A stretch of DNA of 27,561 bases from Acetobacteraceae bacterium. Lineage in GTDB: Bacteria > Pseudomonadota > Alphaproteobacteria > Acetobacterales > Acetobacteraceae. Under the pieces are notes generated by a model. It did no database searches. It had not been told where the DNA came from and saw nothing but the letters and a program-made list of their open reading frames with translations. Position 1 is the stretch's first letter. Each line of letters begins with the position of its first letter. Location: contig JACMOQ010000474.1 of NCBI GenBank assembly GCA_014377905.1, positions 1 to 27,561 on the forward strand, in the 5' to 3' direction. The position numbers and the translations under genes are program-made. Of the stretch, positions 19,381 to 27,561 are shown in pieces.

Positions 19381-19761
19381 ATGACCAAACACAAACGTTT
19401 GATCCTTTCTGATGACGGAGAACTGGCATTTGGCAGGCTTGCCGATGGTATTGCACGGTCGCTGAAACAACTACTTCGAAAAGATCGAGTCAAAAAGAAG
19501 GACCTAGCCGACCTGGCGGGCGTTGATTAGGAGGTGTTGAGCCCGAGTCCCTGATGGGTCGAGAATGTCGAAATCCGCACAGTTGGCGCTTTAATTGGCG
19601 CGCTTGGATACATGTTTGACGTGTTGTCGAAGAGAATTCGGGCAGATGTGGGGACAAACGGCGCCCAAAGCAGCGCGATGCTTAAAATTAATGTTCCGGC
19701 TGCTGAGGAGGCGCATATGCGCCAATCCACCACAATGACCAGCGTTACTCGCGAAGTGTAA
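19381..19761 (+). pseudogene. Decayed XRE-family HTH protein (antitoxin/regulator-like)
   Basis: MTKHKRLILSDDGELAFGRLADGIARSLKQLLRKDRVKKKDLADLAGVD*EVLS...ENVEIRTVGALIGALGYMFDV. TAG at 19528-19530 and TGA at 19552-19554. The TGA lies between an apparent +1/-1 indel pair; undoing it gives LSRVPDG-ENVEIRT, the usual XRE recognition-helix exit. Confidence 0.72.
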
Positions 19762-19768
19762 AGTGGGT

Positions 19769-20171
19769 ATGTCTGAGAGGCTTGGTGAAGGAGTGACCGT
19801 CCGTGGCCGTTACATCCATGGCTTATTTTGTGACGCGTATGGGATGTGGTCGGCGGAACAATAAGTATCATTGGTTGCTACGATGGGCCGATTAGGTTGA
19901 ATGCTTAGTTCCCTGCCGTCATACCAAAGGTCACCCTCCTGCTGAATTGCCGGACGGCGAAGTCTTGACTGTCCCTCCGATTGAAACTGACGCGGTTGCC
20001 GGCGTGGACGGTGAGGGTGCCGGGCTTCCGAATGCGACAAAACAAATGGCGCGCGCGACCATTCGGATGACGAATATCGACATTCCACAGGCAGGTCGCA
20101 CTCTACTCAAAGCGAAAGCCTGGGGAAAAGCCTGGACCGCAGCGTCATTGGCGATTATTGCCCCCCTATGA
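19769..20171 (+). pseudogene. Decayed DUF6941-like gene (family recalled from memory) in three frames
   Basis: ATG 19769 ...RYIHGLFCD; -1 nt at ~19836; VWDVVGGTISIIGCYDGPIRLNA*FPAVIPKVTLLL (TAG 19906-19908); another shift; LPDGEVL...IRMTNIDIPQAGRTLLKAKAWGKAWTAASLAIIAPL*. The stop overlaps the mrcA ATG (ATGA). Confidence 0.6.
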
Positions 20172-22777
20172 GCGACCCCTTGATAGCCCGCGAACGCCTC
20201 GGTACCCGGTCGGATGATGCCGCCCCTTCTGTTCAACCAGAAACGCCGCCGCCGCCGCCTAAGAAGGCCTTCGGCACGCGCCGCCCGCCCGCGGTGCCTC
20301 GGCGGTCGAACTGGTTCCTGCGCTTTCTTGGGGGAGTCTTCGCGCTCGGCGTGCTCGCCCTCGTCGCGACCAGCGCCGTCGGCTACATGCTGTACCAACG
20401 ATTTTCCGCTGACCTGCCAAACCCCGACACGCTGGCGCGCTACCAACCGCGAGTTATGAGCCGGGTTTACGCCGGCGATAATCGCCTGATGGCGGAATTG
20501 GCCACTGAGCGCCGCATTTTCGTGCCGGTGGGTGCCATCCCCGACATCGTCAAGCAGGCTTTCATTTCTGCTGAAGACCAGAATTTCGCCATCCACACCG
20601 GCTTCGACCCGATTGCCATCGTGCGCGCGGGTATCACCGACGTCATGCAGTACGGGAGTGGCCGTCGCCCGATCGGCGCATCAACCATCACCCAGCAAGT
20701 TGCCAAGAACATGCTGCTGAGCAACGAGACCTCAATTTCCCGCAAGGTGCGCGAAATAATCCTCGCAGTGCGGATTGAGCAGAGCCTTAGCAAGGACCGT
20801 ATCCTCGAGCTCTATCTGAACGAAATTTATCTCGGCTTGCAGGCTTACGGGGTGGCGTCCGCCGCCCAGGCCTATTTCAACAAATCGCTCGCCGAGCTAA
20901 CCTTACCCGAAGCCGCCTTCCTCGCCGTGCTGCCCAAGGCGCCCAACAACTATAACCCGTTCCGCTTCCCCGATGCCGCGCGCGTGCGGCGCGATTGGGT
21001 GATTGACCGCATGGCCGATGATAAGGTGATCACTCGCGCGCAGGCGACGGAGGCGAAGGCCGCGCTAATCAGCCCGGCCCAGTTCCGCCGGCCCGAAACC
21101 GTTACCGGTGGCGACTATTTCGCCGAGGACGTTCGCCGTTGGCTGGTGGAAAAATATGGCGCCGACATGACCACTCAAGGCGGGCTGGTGGTGCGCACCA
21201 CGCTTGACCCCGTTTTGCAGGCCGCCGCCGACCGCGCGCTGCGCGAGGGGTTGGTGCGATATGACCAGCGCCGTGGCGGCTGGCGTGGCGCGGCCGCGCG
21301 GCTTGAACTAGGGGCGGCGCTCCGCAATGGCTGGGCGACCGCGCTAGCCGGCACCGCTAATCCGCCTGGATTACCGCCCGAGTGGCGGATGGCAGTGGTG
21401 CTGGAAGCGGGCGATACGGAAGCCAAGCTGGGCATCCTTAACCGCATCGCTCCGGGCTTGCCAGCCCAGCCGGTTGTTCTGCCGATGCAAATGGCCGATC
21501 TCGGCTGGGCGCGCCCGCGGGTGGATGACAAGCTTGGGCTTGTCCCGAAGAAAACAAGCGACATCTTCAGGCCCGGCGATCTGGTGATGACCGAACTCGC
21601 GCCCGTGACCCTGGCACAGGGTCGCGTTGCCGCTCGATCCGAGCGCTTGTTGCTGCGCCAGATCCCAGTTGTGCAAGGCGCGCTGGTGTCCATCGACCCG
21701 GCCAATGGACGTGTCCTGGCAATGTCGGGAGGCTGGAGCTTCGAGACCAGCCAGTTCAATCGGGCGACGCAAGCCAACCGGCAGCCAGGATCGAGCTTCA
21801 AGCCGTTCGTCTACCTGACCGCGATGCAGAGCGGGATTTCGCCGTCCCAGCGCTTTCTCGATGCGCCGTTTGTGGTCGATAATGGGGCGGCTGGCAAATG
21901 GCGGCCATCGAATTACGAGCAGGATTTCAGCGGCCCGGTGCCGGTGCGTGTGGCGTTGGAGAAATCACTGAACCTTATCACTGTGCGGATCGCCGACAGG
22001 GTGGGGATGGAAAAAATCTCCCAGACCGCGATTGCCTTCCACATGGTTGATAGCATGCCCCTGGTGCTGCCTGCCGCGTTGGGCGCGGTGGAAACCACTG
22101 TCATGCGCGAAGCCGGCGCCTATGCCAGCCTTGCCGCCGGTGGGCGCGAAGTGATCCCGACGCTCATCGACAGCGTCCAGGACCGCAACGGGGCGGTGAT
22201 TTGGCGTGCGGCATCGGGCGAGTGCCTCGGCTGCGGCGACCCGACCGCGAAGCCCGCAATATCGGATGACCGTAAGCAAATTTCGGATGCCCCGAGCGTA
22301 TTTCAGCTGGTGACCATGCTCCAAGGCGCGGTAGCCCGCGGCACTGGTTTCCCGGCGGGCAACGGCCTGGGTCGGGCGATCGCGGGAAAGACGGGCACCA
22401 CCCAGGATTTCTCCGATACCTGGTTTTCCGGCTTTACCCCTGATCTCGTGACCATCGTTTGGGTGGGTTTCGACACTCCTGCGCCGCTGGGACCCAATGA
22501 AACCGGCGGGATGGTAGCCGCACCGATCTGGCGGGACTTCATGAATGTGGCCCTGAAGAATAGGTCTAAATTGACCTTTCCAGTGCCGCCGGGGGTGACA
22601 TTGGGATCTTGGGACAGCGGCGCCGGCACCATCACCGATGCGTTCAAGCCCGGGCAAACTCCGGGCGGCTCGACTAACCTTGCCGACCCCAAGTCAGGTA
22701 GTTCCCCAACCACGGCCGATGCCGCCGCAAGACCCAGCACCGGCGGGGTAGACAGCGATCTGGGGGGGTTGTACTAG
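20168..22777 (+). CDS. mrcA: Penicillin-binding protein 1A (class A PBP)
   Basis: N-terminal TM; transglycosylase motifs EDQNF, GASTITQQVAKN, RKVREI, ILELYLN; transpeptidase SSFK (SxxK), SLN (SxN), KTGT. Confidence 0.96.
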   Translation: MSDPLIARERLGTRSDDAAPSVQPETPPPPPKKAFGTRRPPAVPRRSNWFLRFLGGVFALGVLALVATSAVGYMLYQRFSADLPNPDTLARYQPRVMSRVYAGDNRLMAELATERRIFVPVGAIPDIVKQAFISAEDQNFAIHTGFDPIAIVRAGITDVMQYGSGRRPIGASTITQQVAKNMLLSNETSISRKVREIILAVRIEQSLSKDRILELYLNEIYLGLQAYGVASAAQAYFNKSLAELTLPEAAFLAVLPKAPNNYNPFRFPDAARVRRDWVIDRMADDKVITRAQATEAKAALISPAQFRRPETVTGGDYFAEDVRRWLVEKYGADMTTQGGLVVRTTLDPVLQAAADRALREGLVRYDQRRGGWRGAAARLELGAALRNGWATALAGTANPPGLPPEWRMAVVLEAGDTEAKLGILNRIAPGLPAQPVVLPMQMADLGWARPRVDDKLGLVPKKTSDIFRPGDLVMTELAPVTLAQGRVAARSERLLLRQIPVVQGALVSIDPANGRVLAMSGGWSFETSQFNRATQANRQPGSSFKPFVYLTAMQSGISPSQRFLDAPFVVDNGAAGKWRPSNYEQDFSGPVPVRVALEKSLNLITVRIADRVGMEKISQTAIAFHMVDSMPLVLPAALGAVETTVMREAGAYASLAAGGREVIPTLIDSVQDRNGAVIWRAASGECLGCGDPTAKPAISDDRKQISDAPSVFQLVTMLQGAVARGTGFPAGNGLGRAIAGKTGTTQDFSDTWFSGFTPDLVTIVWVGFDTPAPLGPNETGGMVAAPIWRDFMNVALKNRSKLTFPVPPGVTLGSWDSGAGTITDAFKPGQTPGGSTNLADPKSGSSPTTADAAARPSTGGVDSDLGGLY

Positions 22778-22783
22778 CACGCT

Positions 22784-23915
22784 ATGTCCGCAGAATCCGC
22801 CACCCTCAATGATCAAATTAAGCAATCCGTCGCGCTGCTGAGGAGGCATCTTTGACTGGGATGCATCCAATGCCCGCCTGGAGGAACTGAACCACCGCGC
22901 CGAAGACCCCAATCTTTGGAACGATGCTGCCAAGGCGCAAGCCCTGATGCGCGAACGAACCCGGCTGTCTACCGGGATCGACGGCGTAGTGACGCTCGAA
23001 TCCAATGTCGCCGACGCGGTCGAATTGATCGAGATGGCCGAAGCTGAAAACGACCTGGCGATGGCAGTCGAGGCGCATGCAAATTTGCGCACGCTCGCCA
23101 AGGAAGCCAAGCGGCGTGAGATCGAAAGTCTGCTGTCGGGCGAGGCAGACGCCAATGACTGCTACCTCGAATTGAACGGCGGTGCCGGCGGGACCGAGGC
23201 GCAGGACTGGGCGCAGATGCTGATGCGGATGTATTCGCGCTGGGCCGAACAGCGCGGCTACACCGTTCAGTTGATCGAAGAGTCCGAAGGCGAACAGGCC
23301 GGCATCAAATCCGCGACGTTGCTGATTTCCGGCCACAACGCCTATGGCTGGTTGAAGACCGAGGCGGGCGTGCATCGCTTAGTTCGCATCAGCCCGTTCG
23401 ACAGCGCCGCGCGCCGCCAGACCAGCTTCGCCAGTGTCTGGGTCTATCCGGTAGTCGATGACACCATCGAGATCGAGATCGACCCCTCGGACTTGAAAGT
23501 TGATACCTACCGCGCATCGGGCGCCGGCGGCCAGCATGTCAACAAGACCGAGTCCGCTATCCGCATCACCCATTTGCCGTCTGGCATCGTTGTCGCCTGC
23601 CAGACCGACCGCAGCCAGCATCGCAACCGGGCAACCGCGATGGCGATGCTGAAATCGCGGATGTACGAAGCGGAGTTGCAGCGTCGCGAACTGGTCCATA
23701 ACGCCACTGAAGCAGCCAAAACCGAAATTGGTTGGGGCCACCAGATCCGCAGCTACGTGCTGGCGCCTTATCAGATGGTGAAGGACCTTCGCACCGGGGT
23801 CGAAAAGGGCAATCCCGAAGCGGTGCTGGATGGCGGGCTCGATGACTTCATGGCAGCTTCGCTCGCTGCCAGGGTGGGCGCGACTCGGAGTGCAGCGAGC
23901 GCGCAGGCGGAGTAA
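22784..23915 (+). CDS. prfB: Peptide chain release factor 2 with programmed +1 frameshift (376 aa)
   Basis: ATG 22784 [23 protein letters not shown], internal SD AGGAGG (22841-22846), CTT TGA C (22850-22856), then +1 frame [13 protein letters not shown]...; SPF (RISPFD) and GGQ motifs. Confidence 0.97.
22841..22856 (+). promoter_or_regulatory. RF2 autoregulatory +1 frameshift site
   Basis: AGGAGG-CAT-CTT-TGA-C matches the canonical prfB recoding signal. Confidence 0.95.
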
Positions 23916-23919
23916 ATCA

Positions 23920-26304
23920 GTGGTCGCCCAAGCTGAAACCTCCGACAACCGCCGCGCGATTGCGCTGTTCGCGTTCGCGGCCTTTGTATCAGCATTGTTG
24001 GCCGTGACCAGCCTCAACAAGATGAAAGTTGCCGCCATTGCACTCAGCCTGGTGGGTGCGCCCATGTCGCTCCCCCCGTTTCTGCGCGCGTTGGGGCCGT
24101 TAGACGTCGCTTTGGCAGTGCTGACGATTGCGTCTGTCATGGCATTGGCGCTGCACGAATGGCGCTGGAACGGATTCAGCCGCTTGTTAGCGACAGCGAC
24201 CCCGCTGCAGGCCTTCGCATTGCTGACAGTTCTGGCCGCGTGGTTCGGCCAGTCATACCTTGGCACTGGAATCTTGCTGGGCGGTGATACCGGCACCCAT
24301 GTCGCGCGCTTCATGGAAATTCGACGCGGACTCGAAAATGGTAGTCTTCCGCTTTGGACCAACTACCAATATGCGGGCGCGCCTCTACTTTGGTTCACCG
24401 GGCCATTGAGCTACGTTGCAGGTGGGGTTCTCGCCTTTCTTGTGCAGGACGCAGTGCTTGCGACGAAGCTGTTCCTGTTCACCCTGCATCTCAGCAGCGC
24501 TTGGGTCTGCTTCGCTCTGCTGCGCCGGTTCGAAATTCGACCGATCCCTGCGATGGTTGTTGCAGCGGGCTTTGCCGGCTCATTCGGGCATCTCCATCTG
24601 TTTCTTTATCGCGGTGTGTTTCCTCAGGCAATCACACTCGTGGCACTGGTGGTGCTGTTTTATTCCGCCGACGGGCTGCTGCGCCGACGCGGTCGGCGGG
24701 CGGCAAATATGATGGTTTTTGCCCTTGCAACCGCATGCCTGATCGTCAACCATCAGCCACATGCGCTGTTCGCCGCATTCTATCTGGCGATTTTCGGCGC
24801 GATCCTGTTGGTGCTGCGGTTCTGGAAGTGGCGCGATCTGCCACTTCTGGTTCTGGCAGGCGTCCTCGGCACGATTGTCGGGGCGATCGCCGTATTGCCG
24901 ACGATCGTAGAGGCAGACTGGGTCATGCTAGAGGCCGATAGCGGCTTATTTCGCCTACAACTTCCCACGCTGGAGCGTATCGGGCATTTGCTGCTCTGGC
25001 GCAACACCCGCACCACCTGGGGGATCGACTATTGGGCCTATCTTGGGCTCGGAATGATCGGCCTGGCGGCGACCGGAATCGTTGCAATGCTTCGCGGTCG
25101 GCTTTCCAGTGACCATCGTGCGTTGGCAATCGCTGCCTTGGGTAGCCTTGTGGTTTGCCTTTTCGTCTATAACCCGGTTGTTCGCGACGTTATGTTTCTC
25201 CTGCTGTTTGGGGGAATGTTGGCCGCAATTGGCTGGCAAAGTTTGAGCGACGCGGCCTGGCTGTCCGACCGGCGCCGACTGACCGTCGTTACGGTCGTAA
25301 TGTTGGATCTTCTCAGCACCTCAATCCAGCCGATTACGCGGACCGACAAGTCCTTCCTGATCGATATTGGGCTGACGCTTGAGCGTATCGCGCCGCACCA
25401 GCGAGTGGTGGAAGTGGCTATTGATCGTGACGGAAAACTTGCGATCGACATGGGGCCTGACGGTAGCCCTGCGAGCGCCTATGCCACTTATCAACGAGTA
25501 GCCGGCAATCACAATATGGCTGCCACCCGGGTCCATAATTATTTGCTGGCGGCGTTGGCGTCGGCCCAACACGATCTGCATACCAACCGCAGATTATCAC
25601 CTCGAACAGAAACATTACTCGCAACGATGAATGTCGGACGGGTGATCTGCCATACATCTTCGGCTAATGGCTGCCCGGCTGATTTCAGCACCGCCCGCGA
25701 CGAACCAGTGCTAGGCCGCACCGTGATTATCGCAGGCGCTACCCCTGTGGTTTTCAGCCAACACCTGATAGCAATGGCTTCGCCGGCGGGTGCTGAAAAG
25801 CCCATGCTATGGCCATGGGATTTTGAAGAACTAACCAAACCTGATCAGATTTTTGGGATAAACGCGTTTCTAACTAAACTGGTGGACCATCAGGGTTTCG
25901 AACCCGCAACTGCGACTGCTCAGGCCATAGCGGTCGGATGGGATCATCGCCTGGCCCCATTGCTTGCCGACACCATTACCTGGCACCCTGTGTTGCGAGA
26001 CTATCAGGTCGGGTTGGATAGAGTAACGATGCGGATCGAGAGCGACCGCAGCGGTTTTGCGGCCCTCGCCCATCCCTGGTTTCCGTCACTGGTACTGACG
26101 GTGAACGGCCACGCAATTCAGCCAATACGCAGCGCAATCGGGATGATGGTGATTGCCATTGGCCCGGGGGTTAGCGATGTATCGTTCGAAGACAGTTGGA
26201 CACCTGTCCGAAAATTAGCTGTTTGGATATCGCTGATCGGACTGCTCGCAATTGCGATCGTGGGCGCTGGTTTGACGTGGGTTGATCGATATAAGAGCAG
26301 ATAA
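23920..26304 (+). CDS. YfhO/PTPS-related polytopic membrane protein, predicted GT-C glycosyltransferase
   Basis: GGDTGTH and WTNYQYAGAPLLWFTGPL first-loop motifs, many TM segments, a periplasmic domain, YfhO-like C-terminal HPWFP...VNG, and a final TM. Start moved from 23830 to GTG 23920 (GGAG SD within the last prfB codons); 794 aa. Confidence 0.72.
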   Translation: MVAQAETSDNRRAIALFAFAAFVSALLAVTSLNKMKVAAIALSLVGAPMSLPPFLRALGPLDVALAVLTIASVMALALHEWRWNGFSRLLATATPLQAFALLTVLAAWFGQSYLGTGILLGGDTGTHVARFMEIRRGLENGSLPLWTNYQYAGAPLLWFTGPLSYVAGGVLAFLVQDAVLATKLFLFTLHLSSAWVCFALLRRFEIRPIPAMVVAAGFAGSFGHLHLFLYRGVFPQAITLVALVVLFYSADGLLRRRGRRAANMMVFALATACLIVNHQPHALFAAFYLAIFGAILLVLRFWKWRDLPLLVLAGVLGTIVGAIAVLPTIVEADWVMLEADSGLFRLQLPTLERIGHLLLWRNTRTTWGIDYWAYLGLGMIGLAATGIVAMLRGRLSSDHRALAIAALGSLVVCLFVYNPVVRDVMFLLLFGGMLAAIGWQSLSDAAWLSDRRRLTVVTVVMLDLLSTSIQPITRTDKSFLIDIGLTLERIAPHQRVVEVAIDRDGKLAIDMGPDGSPASAYATYQRVAGNHNMAATRVHNYLLAALASAQHDLHTNRRLSPRTETLLATMNVGRVICHTSSANGCPADFSTARDEPVLGRTVIIAGATPVVFSQHLIAMASPAGAEKPMLWPWDFEELTKPDQIFGINAFLTKLVDHQGFEPATATAQAIAVGWDHRLAPLLADTITWHPVLRDYQVGLDRVTMRIESDRSGFAALAHPWFPSLVLTVNGHAIQPIRSAIGMMVIAIGPGVSDVSFEDSWTPVRKLAVWISLIGLLAIAIVGAGLTWVDRYKSR

Positions 26305-26309
26305 CTCGC

Positions 26310-26785
26310 AAGCCTTCGACCGTCCTGATACGGTTATTCGTGTGAGTATGGCGGCGGGTGGAGCAGGACAACATTGTCCGACAGTGTTACAGCTCCGCTC
26401 CGCGTTGATGCTGGCCTGCGCCGTCGCACATGACCACGGCGCAGGCTCCAACACTGATCTGGGAGCCAATCTCCTCGAAATTCAGGTTCATGCACTCGGT
26501 ATTGGCCGAGGGCGTAAACACCGCATCAACCCCGCCTGCCGTTCAGGTCCTAGCAAACAGGTGGGCATTGTTATGAAGAGCGTCGCGGGCCATCAGCGGA
26601 TGCGCACCGATCGAGACTCATTTATAAGAATATTTCCTTTTTTGCCCGACCGTGCCCTTATGCTGGAATTAGCCTTCGACCTTCACCAAAGACCGTTGCG
26701 CGGCCCTATGGTGCAGATCAACACAGAGCAATCGAACAACATCGTGCAATGCCGTATCTGGGTTGGCCACAACTAGGTCGCAAAG
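26310..26785 (-). pseudogene. Decayed IS630-family transposase remnant
   Basis: Hand translation: LVVANPDTALHDVVRLLCVDL (wHTH-like), FQHKGTVGQK (from FQDEARxGQK), SANTECMNLNFEEIGSQI, AVVMCDGAGQH (from LDGAGWH), then after a shift DNVVLLHPPPYSHE* (from LPPYSPELNP). Several stops, deletions, and no IRs found. Boundaries approximate. Confidence 0.8.
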
Positions 26786-27509
26786 CTCAGACACCAGGGT
26801 GGCTGCATCCCTTCGGCATGGACGCACACAACCGCCCCCATCTAGCGCCCTGCGCGCCGACCTCGGCATGGCAGAGCTTGGGGGCGCAGCCGCCTTTGCC
26901 GACCCAATTGGCAGTCGGACAGTTTTGTCCACGGGTATCGGTCACCTGGACATTGACTCGATAGCGGATGACGCAGCCCAGCCGAGATCACCGAGAAAGC
27001 CAAACTGCTTCTAATCACCAAACCGCGACAGCTTGGATCGTTGCCCGACAATCTGGACGTAGTGTTTCAGCCAAGAAGCGCAGGGAGAAATCCGAAATAT
27101 TATTTTATTTACCGATTTTTTCCTTCAGTTTGTCAGATAAATCAGCGGCGCGGCCCGACCTTGGTCGGCTATCACGCTCAGCGCCAGCGTCAAATGATTA
27201 TTGTGGGCGAAGTCGGTCCAGTCCACCGCAACCAAGATGCTTGTATGCACCGTGATCTGCAGTGACACCCAACGAGCGAAGCTGGCCAACACGTGTCATC
27301 AAACGGCCAACCTGCTTGACCGCATGCATTGTCACCAGCGCATGCCCCTGCGCCAAAGCCTTCCTAAGCCGTAACATCGCAGGCGGCGCCTCAGCCATTG
27401 CGTTCCGCGTGGCTTTAGCCCGCGCACGACTGAGTTTGGCATGCAAGTCAAACCCGAAAAGCCCGCCAGCGAAACTTTGGAAATCTTCTAAACGCTGCCA
27501 AATGACCAT
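26786..27509 (-). pseudogene. Decayed IS4-family (DDE_Tnp_1-type) transposase remnant, 3'-truncated
   Basis: GLFGFDLHAK, ALAQGHALVTMHAVKQVGRL, ILVAVDWTDF (27209-27223), GRAAPL, RFLAETL, RFGD*K, VIRYRVNVQVTD, ANWVGKGG, GAVVCVHAEGMQPPWCL; several frameshifts and stops. Boundaries approximate. Confidence 0.78.
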
Positions 27510-27561
27510 ACTCTGAACCGCTTCTTTGAAGATGGAGGCGGTAGACAGAGAGGAGGCGAAC

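Noticed and set aside
19931-20596. 221-aa minus-strand ORF spanning the cassette and the mrcA start
   Set aside because: Mostly antisense to mrcA and the pseudogene tail; no family motifs.
26282-26776. 164-aa + strand ORF after the GT-C gene
   Set aside because: It is the antisense frame of the IS630 remnant, whose minus-strand frame has the transposase motifs.
6283-27013. Repeated in-frame TAG (6283, 19528, 19906, ~27011) and TGA stops in gene remnants, near selB, suggesting amber or selenocysteine recoding
   Set aside because: The same remnants also have frameshifts and deletions; intact genes (gtrA, mrcA) end in TAG; the TGAs are not at Cys-like positions and I saw no SECIS-like hairpin after them. 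Ordinary decay (e.g. CAG>TAG) explains them.

Overview
GC-rich alphaproteobacterial chromosome segment (possibly Acetobacteraceae/Rhodospirillales; inferred from the rne-amidase-PBP1A-prfB synteny and the RNase E C-terminal GWW motif). Left to right: (1) a peptide/opine/nickel-type ABC transporter operon on the minus strand, ending in an M14 (ASTE/ASPA-like) hydrolase that is cut by the window edge and missing from the ORF track, and preceded by an internally deleted second substrate-binding gene; (2) a lipid-linked glycosylation locus (DUF2142-like GT-C, polyprenol-phosphate GT2, ArnE/F-like small flippase, GtrA flippase, ArnT/PMT-like GT-C) with a stand-alone selB in the middle; (3) an apparently intact 950-bp IS5-family element; (4) rne with a probable ~520-nt leader, divergent from amidase-mrcA-prfB. 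A decayed ~1.1-kb cassette (XRE-HTH pseudogene plus DUF6941-like pseudogene) lies between the amidase and mrcA, and a third GT-C-like (YfhO/PTPS-related) gene follows prfB closely; (5) fused, decayed IS630 and IS4 transposase remnants at the right end. No rRNA, tRNA or CRISPR array was seen. The best candidate for an undescribed system is the glycosylation set with three GT-Cs and two flippases. All family calls come from recognising motifs by eye, not from database searches.
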